From the NCBI GenBank assembly GCA_019912845.1, contig JAIOHU010000194.1:38603-102602 (forward strand): a DNA stretch of 64,000 nucleotides. Direction: 5' to 3'. A model generated the notes under the pieces. That model was given only the letters and a program-made list of their open reading frames with translations, had not been told where the DNA came from and ran no database searches. This document shows, one piece after another, positions 1 through 8,980 of the stretch. The first letter of the stretch is position 1; each line of letters begins with the position of its first letter. This DNA is from a bacterium (GTDB lineage: Bacteria; Electryoneota; Electryoneia; Electryoneales; Electryoneaceae). Both the position numbers and the translations under genes were made by a program.

Positions 1-493
1 GAACAGGTTGCTATCAGCTTTGCTGAACTTGATCTGGGAATTTATCAAAATTCTGGTAATCCAGGTTTAAAACATATTCCGGCTGGATACACACGACACT
101 GAATGTACTGCAGTTGAAATAAAGACAAAGTTTTTGAAATATTTATATTAGGTCCATAACAATTAAGAAAACAGGGTGTCGGATTTCAACGTTCAACACT
201 ATCCCCGGGTTCAATCTTTTGCCGAACTGGAGTTCGGCGCTCCAAAATACGCAACGCTCCAAATCCGCGGCAACATAACAAAAAATCAATCTTTACTATC
301 TTTTATATCTTTATCATCTTGTTCCAGTGTTTTGAGGTTTTCATTTAACGGCTAATTCCTCATCCCTGATTCCTGATTGGCGAAGCCACCTGGGATCATG
401 CTGCTATCAATAGAAGGGTGAATCGAGACAGAAACTGAATAGGAAAACCTATCCCAGTGATACAAAATCACGGGCTACCTTTCAAATGTCCTC

Positions 494-2431
494 TCAATAC
501 GTCGCTTTTTTATCCCCCATCGCGAACCATTCTTCATAAATAATCTCTAAATTCGCTTCAGTCTGTTGCAGGGTGTCGCGTTTGATGTTGGCACGTTTGG
601 TGTTGCCTTTAGATTCCTCTTTTTCGATCTCAGAGGATAGCCGTTCACGTTGCTCCTCAAGTCTTTCGATCTCCTTCTCAAGAAAATCAAATCGTTCTTT
701 ATTGAATTTTAACTTGCGGAAACTTCGAACTCTGTTGCTTTTCTTTGTGTCAACGTTCTCTTCGACAATTTTTTCTTTAGACCTCTTTTTCTCTTCTGTA
801 TAGGCTTCAAAGAAATCCGAGAAATTTCCCTCGTACTGGACGATCTGAGGTGGATTGATATAGAGCACCAGCTCCACCATTTTATCGAGGAAATAGCGAT
901 CGTGGCTGATAACAAATATGGTGCCCTCGAACTCCTCCAAGGCATCTTCTACAACTTCACGGCTGCGGATATCAAGGTGGTTGGTAGGTTCATCCAGCAG
1001 GAGGAAATTTGGGTGACGGATCATCAGGGTTGCCAGTTGCAGACGTGCCTTTTCACCACCGGAAAGCACCGAAACCGGTTTATCGAGATCATCACGCGAG
1101 AAGAGAAAACGGTAGAGCAATCCCTCCGCCTCATTTCGAAGCAGACCACCCAGACGCATCGCTTCTTCGACCAGCGAATTCCCAAATTCGAGGTTCTGAC
1201 CCATTTGCGTGAAATAGCCGATTTTCATCGACTTTCCCACACGCAGGGTCATATTCTCCCAACGTCCCTCTGAAATAATATCATTGAAGAGGGTAGTTTT
1301 TCCTGTGCCATTTGCACCAACTAAAGCAACTTTATCTCCCTGGGCGATACGGAAGGTGGCATTTTCAATCAGCAGTTTGTCGTCACCATAGTCGCGTGAA
1401 TACTCATTCACATCAAGAGCGATATCACCTTTGGTACGTACCCCACCGAAACGAATACCCATCTTACGTTTATCCTCACGGATACGTTCGCCCGCGTCCA
1501 CTTCCATCTTTTCGATGCGACGTTCGAATTGTTTCGCAGTACGTGCCAATCGAGGATTATCATACACATCAGCCCAGCTTTTCAAACGATGAATCTGGAA
1601 TTGAAGACGTGCCCGCTCCTTCTCCATCCGTTTAACAGCACTTTCAGCTTTCTCGATACGAAGCAGTTTTTCGGCACGATAGGCTGAATAGTTTCCGGAA
1701 TACTCCTCTATTTTACCATAGTCCAACTCCCACATCTTACGGCAGGTGTTGTCCAGCAGGTAGCGGTTATGTGAGACCAGGATGAAAGCGTTTCGGGAGG
1801 CTTTGAGGACATTCTCCAGCCAATCCAACCCCTCAAAATCGAGGTGATTGCCTGGCTCATCCAGCAGCATGATGTCTGGATCCTGTACAAGAATACGTGC
1901 GAGACCGATTATATTTCGTTCACCACCAGAAAATGTGGAAATATCTCGTTCCCAATCGAATCGCTTGATTCCAAGCCCATCAAGCACACCTTCTACCTTC
2001 GCATCCGCTTTCCAGCCATCCCGTGTGTCAAAGATATCGTGCAGGTAAGCGTAACGATCCATCAGACGTTTATAATTATCCTGATCCTCTTCTAAGGAGG
2101 GATCAGCCAACTCTACTTCGATCTGCCGTAATTCCTCCTCTATAGAGTCGAGGGCTGCAATCCCCTCTCTTACCTCTTCATATAAAGTACGTCCAGGATG
2201 ATAGAGTGGGTCTTGCTTTAAGTATGCGATCCGAACGCCAGTAGTAGTAACAATATGCCCGTCTGTTGCCTCTTCGCTGCCTTCCAGCAGGCGTAGCAGG
2301 GTTGTTTTGCCAACACCATTTCGTCCAACCAGTCCGATGTGATCGCCACGGTTGATCTCTGTGGAGACAGAACGCAGGACTTCCTGGGCGGCGTATGATT
2401 TATGGAGATTATTTATTGTAAGCAGGCTCAT
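494..2431 (-). CDS. ABC-F family ATPase with two ABC domains and a C-terminal coiled-coil tail (Uup/EttA-like translation or DNA-associated factor)
   Basis: Two Walker A motifs (GRNGVGKTT, GANGTGKTT) and two LSGGE signature motifs. Two Walker B DEP motifs. No transmembrane domain. Lys/Glu-rich coiled-coil C-terminus. Confidence 0.85.
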   Translation of the reverse strand: MSLLTINNLHKSYAAQEVLRSVSTEINRGDHIGLVGRNGVGKTTLLRLLEGSEEATDGHIVTTTGVRIAYLKQDPLYHPGRTLYEEVREGIAALDSIEEELRQIEVELADPSLEEDQDNYKRLMDRYAYLHDIFDTRDGWKADAKVEGVLDGLGIKRFDWERDISTFSGGERNIIGLARILVQDPDIMLLDEPGNHLDFEGLDWLENVLKASRNAFILVSHNRYLLDNTCRKMWELDYGKIEEYSGNYSAYRAEKLLRIEKAESAVKRMEKERARLQFQIHRLKSWADVYDNPRLARTAKQFERRIEKMEVDAGERIREDKRKMGIRFGGVRTKGDIALDVNEYSRDYGDDKLLIENATFRIAQGDKVALVGANGTGKTTLFNDIISEGRWENMTLRVGKSMKIGYFTQMGQNLEFGNSLVEEAMRLGGLLRNEAEGLLYRFLFSRDDLDKPVSVLSGGEKARLQLATLMIRHPNFLLLDEPTNHLDIRSREVVEDALEEFEGTIFVISHDRYFLDKMVELVLYINPPQIVQYEGNFSDFFEAYTEEKKRSKEKIVEENVDTKKSNRVRSFRKLKFNKERFDFLEKEIERLEEQRERLSSEIEKEESKGNTKRANIKRDTLQQTEANLEIIYEEWFAMGDKKATY

Positions 2432-3020
2432 AATGATTCTGATGCGGTTTGAAAACCACCTGAAAGTTTAATTAAACTCAGCTAGTGCGGTCATCCCTGA
2501 TCTTCAGTTTGACTGCCAAATTGTAATCATACCTCATGCTCACTTCAAGTGGAGGTGATCCCTCATCCTCCCCCTTATGCATCAATGTATACCAATGCTG
2601 GCTTAAAAAATCAAACAAAACCTCGGCATGGCTAATCACTGAAGGCTTCAGGAAAATAGCATAAAACTCTCCTCCAGAGGCATTTTGTGAAAATAATGAA
2701 AGATTCTGCCTGGAATCTTCAAAATATCAATTTCAGAGTTAAAGTGAATGGTTCTCGATCTCTACTTTAATTTATTAGTGTATAGATAACAAGAGTTTAC
2801 ATATCGTTCTTCTCTAAAAAAACACTCCTAAGAAATTATAGCTTCAGGTTTAAGTTTTTTGAGTTTCCTGGCAAACTTCAAGTTAGTGCTAAGCTTTATG
2901 TTGCCAGTTTTATCTCAAATATTTCGCTTACTTTAACTTTTAACACCTTGTTTTCTTAAGGATTAATAAAAAAACTTAAAGTAAATGGTAAAGTTTACTT
3001 GTTAATGTGCTACTTTAAAT

Positions 3021-3047
3021 TAAAGTTACTATCAATCAATCCGATAA
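3021..3047 (+). promoter_or_regulatory. Sigma-28 (FliA)-type promoter upstream of the flagellin gene
   Basis: TAAAGTTA, 11-12 nt spacer, then tCCGATAA. This is a near-perfect match to the TAAAGTTT-N11-GCCGATAA consensus, ~70 nt upstream of the flagellin ATG in an AT-rich leader. Confidence 0.5.
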
Positions 3048-3116
3048 AGTTAATGTCAGGGAACGAAATAAGTTCGCAAGAGATCTTAAGCCCTACATTA
3101 GCAAGAGAGGTATGTC

Positions 3117-3953
3117 ATGAGTACAAGAATCAACCACAACATTCTCTCCATGACAGCGCAGAGAAACATGTGGGTCACCCAGAATGATATGGAGACTTCG
3201 ATCAATCGTTTGTCTTCAGGTCTTCGTGTTAATTATGCATGGGAAGATCCCGCAGGTCTCGCAGTCAGTGAAAGAATGCGTGCGCAAATTTCATCCATGG
3301 TTGAAGCAGAACGTAACGCCAACTATGATGTAAACTTGCTCGCAACTGCTGAAGGTGCGATGATGGTTATCGACGAAAAGTTGAACCGGATGCGTGCCCT
3401 ATCAGTACAGGCTTCAAATGGTGCCTTAACTTCTACCGATCGCGGTTACATCGACGTTGAATTCCAACAGTTGAAATCCGAGATCACAAGAATCGCTGAG
3501 ACCACCAATTACAACGGCTTGAACCTGATTGACGGTTCTTTCAGTTCCGGAACAGGGATCAAGTTCCACATCGGCACGTACAACACTGCCAACCAGGATT
3601 ACTACTATGTCAACATCAACAGTATGACAGCTGCATCCCTCGGGTTGGGATCAGCCAATCTGTTGACTACGACTACAGCTCAGTCTGCAATCCTGTCGCT
3701 CGACTCTGCGATCAACTCAAAAGACTCAGAGCGTACTCGAGTAGGTTCGTACGTGGAACGTCTGCAGAATACAATTCTTAACCTGCAGATCAGCCGTGAA
3801 AATGCGCAGGCGTCCGAATCTCAAATTCGTGACGCGGACATCGCCGAAGAGATGAGTAATTTCGTTCGTTCCCAGATTCTCTTCCAGACCGGCACATCGA
3901 TGCTGGCACAGGCGAATATGATTCCGCAGATCGTCTCTGGATTGGTCGGTTAG
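3117..3953 (+). CDS. fliC: Flagellin, short D0/D1-only type (278 aa)
   Basis: N-terminal flagellin signature (INHN...RLSSGLRVNYAWEDPAGLAVSERMRAQI) and C-terminal D0 helix (QILFQTGTSMLAQANMIPQIVSGL). AGAGAGG ribosome-binding site 8 nt upstream. Confidence 0.85.
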   Translation: MSTRINHNILSMTAQRNMWVTQNDMETSINRLSSGLRVNYAWEDPAGLAVSERMRAQISSMVEAERNANYDVNLLATAEGAMMVIDEKLNRMRALSVQASNGALTSTDRGYIDVEFQQLKSEITRIAETTNYNGLNLIDGSFSSGTGIKFHIGTYNTANQDYYYVNINSMTAASLGLGSANLLTTTTAQSAILSLDSAINSKDSERTRVGSYVERLQNTILNLQISRENAQASESQIRDADIAEEMSNFVRSQILFQTGTSMLAQANMIPQIVSGLVG

Positions 3954-3986
3954 TCGTAGCAAAGACGCTTGATCACGTCAGAATGG

Positions 3987-4026
3987 AAAACCTCATCCCT
4001 CTCAAAGGGATGAGGTTTTGTTTTCC
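3987..4026 (+). terminator. Rho-independent terminator after the flagellin gene
   Basis: 12 bp perfect stem AACCTCATCCCT / AGGGATGAGGTT with loop ctcaa, followed by a TTTTGTTTT run. Confidence 0.65.
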
Positions 4027-4290
4027 AGACATTTAGCATTCAGCATACACAGAGTCGAATTATTCCTGAAGTCGTTCAAGTTAATACCCCTTTCAATTCC
4101 AGATACAATCCATCAATCAAATATAAGCAAAGAACCAGAGGAGCACTCGTGGAAGGTTTGCCCTATCTGTTTTGGGGAACATTTCGCTTGTTATCGGTTG
4201 AAATTCCTTATATTCTCTAGTGTATTGAAATTGATAGAAGTATCTACGCTTTTCGCTGGAAAGCGTTTAGCAGCATAAGGGGAGGAATGA

Positions 4291-5289
4291 ATGAACATTC
4301 CGTATAAACATGTGAATATTGGTGGTGAAATATTTCGCGTACCAGATTTAGGCAAGATGTTTGGTGGCTGGTGGGTGATTATTCTCATCGTTATTGCACT
4401 CTGGATGGCTAGCGGTATTTATATCGTTGGTCCTGACGAAGAAGGGGTCATACGTACCTTCGGCAAGATGACGAGGATTCATTCGCCGGGCTTGCACTAC
4501 CATTTTCCATATCCTATCGAGCAGGTATTAAAGCCTAAGGTCACGGAAGTAAAACGTATTGAGATAGGATTTCGCAGTAGACGGGGAGGTCAGCCTCTGG
4601 ATGTTCCGGAAGAATCGCTGATGCTCACCGGAGGGCTGAATATCGTCGATATGGATTTCATCGTGCAATATAAAATTCAGGATCCGGTGAAATACTTGTT
4701 CTTCGTGCGTGATGTTCCGACCACCATGCGTATCGCCGCGGAAGCAGTGATTCGCCAGGTTGTTGGAAAACACAAAATTGATGAGGTATTAACAACTGGA
4801 AAAGGTGAGCTTCAGGCTGAAGCATTGCAATCACTGCAATCTATCCTGAACAGTTACGAGATCGGTGTGACGGTCACCCAGATTCAGCTCAAAGATGTCT
4901 GGCCTCCCAATGAGGTCGAGGATGCATTCCGTGAGGTTGCTTCTGCGAAAGAGGACCGTGCACGGTTGATTAATGAAGCACAGGGATATGAAAACAAATT
5001 GATTCCCAAGACGCGCGGTGAAGCGGCTGAGCAGGTTAAACAAGCAGAAGCGTATGCCGCAGAACGTGTCACACGTGCAGAGGGTGATGCAGCTAATTTC
5101 CTCGCAGTGTTGGAGCAGTATAGACGATCACCGAATGTGACAAGGAAACGTATGCTTTTGGAAACACTTGAAATTATTCTCCCGCGATTTAATAAGTATA
5201 TCCTGGACAGCAAAAATGGAGACCTGATAAATGTGGTTGGTTCTTCGCTTGCAAAAGAACCGAGTAGTGTGAAAGGGGGTTCACGATGA
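4291..5289 (+). CDS. hflK: HflK, SPFH/band-7 membrane protease modulator
   Basis: N-terminal transmembrane segment, SPFH domain, Ala/Glu-rich C-terminal coiled coil. Directly followed, with a 4 nt overlap, by an hflC-like paralog. Confidence 0.8.
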   Translation: MNIPYKHVNIGGEIFRVPDLGKMFGGWWVIILIVIALWMASGIYIVGPDEEGVIRTFGKMTRIHSPGLHYHFPYPIEQVLKPKVTEVKRIEIGFRSRRGGQPLDVPEESLMLTGGLNIVDMDFIVQYKIQDPVKYLFFVRDVPTTMRIAAEAVIRQVVGKHKIDEVLTTGKGELQAEALQSLQSILNSYEIGVTVTQIQLKDVWPPNEVEDAFREVASAKEDRARLINEAQGYENKLIPKTRGEAAEQVKQAEAYAAERVTRAEGDAANFLAVLEQYRRSPNVTRKRMLLETLEIILPRFNKYILDSKNGDLINVVGSSLAKEPSSVKGGSR

Positions 5290-6143
5290 CAAAGACCATG
5301 CGAACTCTTATAGGGATAGTAATTGCTGTATTCCTGGTATCACTGGTTACTTATACAGTGGATGAAACCGAGCAGGTTATTATTCTTCAATTTGGTAAAC
5401 CGGTGGGTATGGTGAATAACGCTGGCTTGAAATTCAAGTTGCCGCCACCTTTTAATACGATTGAGCGATTTGAAAAAAGATTGCTCATTTATGATAGCCC
5501 TCCAAACATTGTGGTCACACAAGACAAGAAAAACCTGGTCGTAGATTCGTATGCCAGGTGGCAAATTGTTGATCCATTGCTTTTCCGGCAGACTGTACGT
5601 ACAGAGTCGGGAGCACAGGCTCGTCTCGACGATATTATCTATTCCGATCTTCTCCAGGAATTAGGGCAGCACGAGATGGAAGAAGTTGTAAGTGAAAATC
5701 GTGAAGACATCATGGTAGCTGTTACCAGATATGCAAATGAAAAGGCTAAAGATTTCGGGCTGGAAATCCTGGATGTTCGCATCAAACGTACCGACCTCCC
5801 TCGTGAAAATGAAGATGCTATTTTCCGTAGAATGAGAGCGGAACGGATGCGTATTGCAAATCTCTACCGGTCTGAAGGTGAAGAGGAAGCTCTCAAGATT
5901 CGGGCTGAAGCGGACAAGCAGATTAAAGTTATCATGGCGGATGCTTACAAAGAATCCCAGATTCTTCGCGGTGAAGCAGAGGCCATTGCGGTGAAAACAT
6001 ACGCCGATGCTTTCAACAAGGATCCAGATTTTTACGAATTCTTTAGAACACTTCAGATGTACGAGAACGCTTTAGATGAGAATACAACTCTCGTATTGCC
6101 GCCTGATTCGGAGGTATACAAATACCTGAAATCGAGCAAATGA
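5286..6143 (+). CDS. hflC: HflC, SPFH/band-7 membrane protein
   Basis: N-terminal transmembrane segment and SPFH domain. Paired with the upstream hflK by an ATGA overlap. Confidence 0.8.
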   Translation: MTKTMRTLIGIVIAVFLVSLVTYTVDETEQVIILQFGKPVGMVNNAGLKFKLPPPFNTIERFEKRLLIYDSPPNIVVTQDKKNLVVDSYARWQIVDPLLFRQTVRTESGAQARLDDIIYSDLLQELGQHEMEEVVSENREDIMVAVTRYANEKAKDFGLEILDVRIKRTDLPRENEDAIFRRMRAERMRIANLYRSEGEEEALKIRAEADKQIKVIMADAYKESQILRGEAEAIAVKTYADAFNKDPDFYEFFRTLQMYENALDENTTLVLPPDSEVYKYLKSSK

Positions 6144-8980
6144 ACAATTCGTATATACGAAAATTACGCTGGTTAAATTTTTCCGTCAACCGGTTTGGAA
6201 CATTGCATGGCGATTTTCAGCTTGCACCAGACCGGTTAACGGTATTGCACGGTGAAAATGAAGCGGGTAAAAGTACATTTGTTGCTGCGCTTCTGGCTGT
6301 CTTATACGGTTTATCTGACCAGGAGGCAGGTGTGCGTCCACAAAGGACGCATTTCCTGCCCTGGGAGGGTGACAGTTTTAAGGCTACTCTCGGGTTTGGC
6401 TGGAATGACCGCATTTTCAGGATCGATCGGAACTTCAGGGATCAAACAGTTCATTTGATGACTGAGTCTGGTGAAAATTCCGATCATCTGGTGAGCGAAC
6501 ATGGTAATATGGATGGCATCGGATATCTGCTCACTGGTGGCTTTACACCTGAAGTCTTCATTAAAAGTTTTATCGTACCACAAGAACAGGCTGCCCTGAT
6601 TTCGAGCCCGGGGGAACTGGCAGAAAAAGTCCAAGCATTGACACGGATTTCACCCGGAAGTTCAGCGACTCAATCAGCACGTCAAATTCTCCAAGAGCTT
6701 ATAGGATCAGCAGAAAATTCTGAGGGAGAGGGTACTTCCATTCTCACAGAGAAATATCGCCTCTCCCAAAATATGACGAAGTTACTCGAAGAGCATGCGT
6801 CACTGGTACAGCTCAAGAAAGAAGCAGACCATGTTGTGCGTGATCTGATAGCTCTCGAAAATGAACGAGTAACGCTGAAAACTCGTTTGAAAAGCATTCG
6901 TCGTGGTATTTTACTGAATGAAAAGAAAGACCTTGAATCCCGCCATGATGATATCCTGAATCACACAAAACGTCTTGAGACGCTTCAGGAGGAAGAGGCG
7001 GAATACAAGGATGCCGCACATATCACTTCCAACCTTGAGAAAAAGTTTACCCAGGTTTATGAACGATATCGGGAAGCTGCCGCTACTGCTGAAGGTGCTG
7101 TTCAGGAACGGCAGAAACGGCATGACACGTTTGAATCTGAAAAAGGTAAGATAACAGAATTCTCAAATCTTACTGAATTTGAAATCGAAGAGCTGGATGA
7201 TCTCAGCCAGAATCTTCATCTTTGGAAAAATCTGAACGAAAAACGAGCACGTATTGAAGAGGAATTGGATAAAGAGAAGGAGAACCTGGCAGGACGAGGT
7301 ATCTTTGCCAGACGACTTGAACTTGTTCAGGCGAACTTCCAGATACTTTCGGAAGAAACTCTCCTGGAATATGATCGGCTGGTAGCCGAGCACGATCAAG
7401 CTGAAGCGGAACTAAGGCAAGCTGATGAACGGGTTGCCAAAACCCAACTACCAAAACGAAAAATACGACTGACTCCTTTTGCCATAAGCATCGCATTGAT
7501 TGCGCTGATCGCAGCAATAGGCTCGGCATTGGAGTGGAAACTCGCACAAAATGAACTGGCTGCATTGATGGTTACCAGTGTAGCTGTAATTCTTGTTGTG
7601 GTGCTTGGTGTGCTAGAACATGTAACTTTCCAGCATTCAGCTCGTCAATCCAAACGTGAGCTTTCAGAATCTGAGAAAAAGTTAACCAGGATAGAAAAAA
7701 ATCTCGACTCACTGGCGATTTCAATAAATTTAAAAAATCACGATGAATTACGAAGTTTGCTGTCGGACTCACGCGATCTCTCCGGTGTCGGCAGCAAGTA
7801 TTTTGAGGTTAAAGCAGTCCATGATGATGCGCTTCACGAGCTTGAGTCCGTTGGTGAAAAGATACGTCCCTACCTTGAGGAAGCTGGTGTTATCGGTGAA
7901 GGTGAAATGCCAACCAGGGGCGAAGTGGACGGTTTTGCAGTGCATGTTGCCAATTATCGCAAGGCATTGGAAAAATATCGGTATGTAGAGAATCTTTATA
8001 CGAGTTCATTGGAAGAAGAACGTCGGGCTGCAGACAGAGTGGCTGGCTTCTGGAACGAGTTACAATCGATCTTCACAGAAGCAAAAATCACAGAGCGGGA
8101 AGAAGTTGAACAAGCAGCTAAAGAGTTTAATGTACTGAGTAGCCGTGCTCAACATTACCGAGATATCAGTGAGCAAATCACAACGCTACAGTCTGACGCT
8201 GGCGAAGAGGGAATGCTGAACGCTCTGAAATCCCGCCTTGAGGATACATACCGATACCTTGCCCAATTGGATGATGTAGCTGCAGAACCGGGGACAGTCA
8301 TTCAGCTTCATGAGCTCGAGGAGCAGCTTCAGGACAGACTGCATGAACTGACCCGTGATCTTTCCGATGAACGGGCGCACTTGACTATGCTACAACAGAA
8401 AATTTACCCGGCAATTCATCGTGCTGAACATCAACTAGCTTCAACTCGGAAATTGATGGAAGAAATTGAAATTAAAATCCATGCTCTAACTATTGCCGCA
8501 GATACCTTAAAAAATATAGAGAGCGACGTATTCGATAAGCTCTCGACCATGCTGAACGAAAAACTGCAACCGATTCTCGCTGAACTTGTGCCAAGATGGA
8601 GTGAAGCAACATTTGACAAAGACCTGAACCTGACAGCAAAGGATCGTCAAACAGGAAAAAGCATTTCAGCAGCGAAAGTGCAAAGATTATTGTCTGCAGG
8701 TGCCAGAGATTCGATCTTCCTGGGAGCGAGGTTGGCATTGAGCGACTATCTCGCTGGCGGCTATGTGGATGCACCGTACATCTTCGACGAACCTTTCGCT
8801 CACCTGGATGACAACCGATTCCGTACCGGAATGGATATGCTGATACGTCAGGTGAAAAATGGAAAGCAGGTGATCGTGTTGACCTGCCACAGTGGAAGGC
8901 ACAGAGAGTGGCTGGATCATCTGAACGTTGAGTTAAGGGATTCGGTACAAATGATGGAAATTGAGAGGGAGCTGGCATGA
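6140..8980 (+). CDS. Membrane-anchored Rad50/SbcC-like coiled-coil ATPase (YhaN/SbcE-like)
   Basis: N-terminal P-loop (GENEAGKST) and Q-loop (PQEQ). C-terminal Walker B (YIFDEPFAHLD), H-loop (LTCH) and a degenerate signature (LSAGARD). About 700 aa of coiled coil is interrupted by two hydrophobic helices (AISIALIALIAAIGSAL and LMVTSVAVILVVVLGVL) where a zinc hook would normally sit. 4 nt overlaps with both neighbouring genes. Confidence 0.7.
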   Translation: MNNSYIRKLRWLNFSVNRFGTLHGDFQLAPDRLTVLHGENEAGKSTFVAALLAVLYGLSDQEAGVRPQRTHFLPWEGDSFKATLGFGWNDRIFRIDRNFRDQTVHLMTESGENSDHLVSEHGNMDGIGYLLTGGFTPEVFIKSFIVPQEQAALISSPGELAEKVQALTRISPGSSATQSARQILQELIGSAENSEGEGTSILTEKYRLSQNMTKLLEEHASLVQLKKEADHVVRDLIALENERVTLKTRLKSIRRGILLNEKKDLESRHDDILNHTKRLETLQEEEAEYKDAAHITSNLEKKFTQVYERYREAAATAEGAVQERQKRHDTFESEKGKITEFSNLTEFEIEELDDLSQNLHLWKNLNEKRARIEEELDKEKENLAGRGIFARRLELVQANFQILSEETLLEYDRLVAEHDQAEAELRQADERVAKTQLPKRKIRLTPFAISIALIALIAAIGSALEWKLAQNELAALMVTSVAVILVVVLGVLEHVTFQHSARQSKRELSESEKKLTRIEKNLDSLAISINLKNHDELRSLLSDSRDLSGVGSKYFEVKAVHDDALHELESVGEKIRPYLEEAGVIGEGEMPTRGEVDGFAVHVANYRKALEKYRYVENLYTSSLEEERRAADRVAGFWNELQSIFTEAKITEREEVEQAAKEFNVLSSRAQHYRDISEQITTLQSDAGEEGMLNALKSRLEDTYRYLAQLDDVAAEPGTVIQLHELEEQLQDRLHELTRDLSDERAHLTMLQQKIYPAIHRAEHQLASTRKLMEEIEIKIHALTIAADTLKNIESDVFDKLSTMLNEKLQPILAELVPRWSEATFDKDLNLTAKDRQTGKSISAAKVQRLLSAGARDSIFLGARLALSDYLAGGYVDAPYIFDEPFAHLDDNRFRTGMDMLIRQVKNGKQVIVLTCHSGRHREWLDHLNVELRDSVQMMEIERELA

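Noticed and set aside
1-102. Possible 3' end of a plus-strand gene running in from the left edge (…EQVAISFAELDLGIYQNSGNPGLKHIPAGYTRH*)
   Set aside because: It is an open frame to a TGA at 100-102, but only 33 codons are visible and no motif. This is insufficient to call.
2432-3020. Small ORFs in the 0.6 kb AT-rich region between the ABC-F gene and the flagellin gene
   Set aside because: All are under 60 codons, with no ribosome-binding site or motif. The region is better explained as a divergent promoter or leader containing the sigma-28 promoter.
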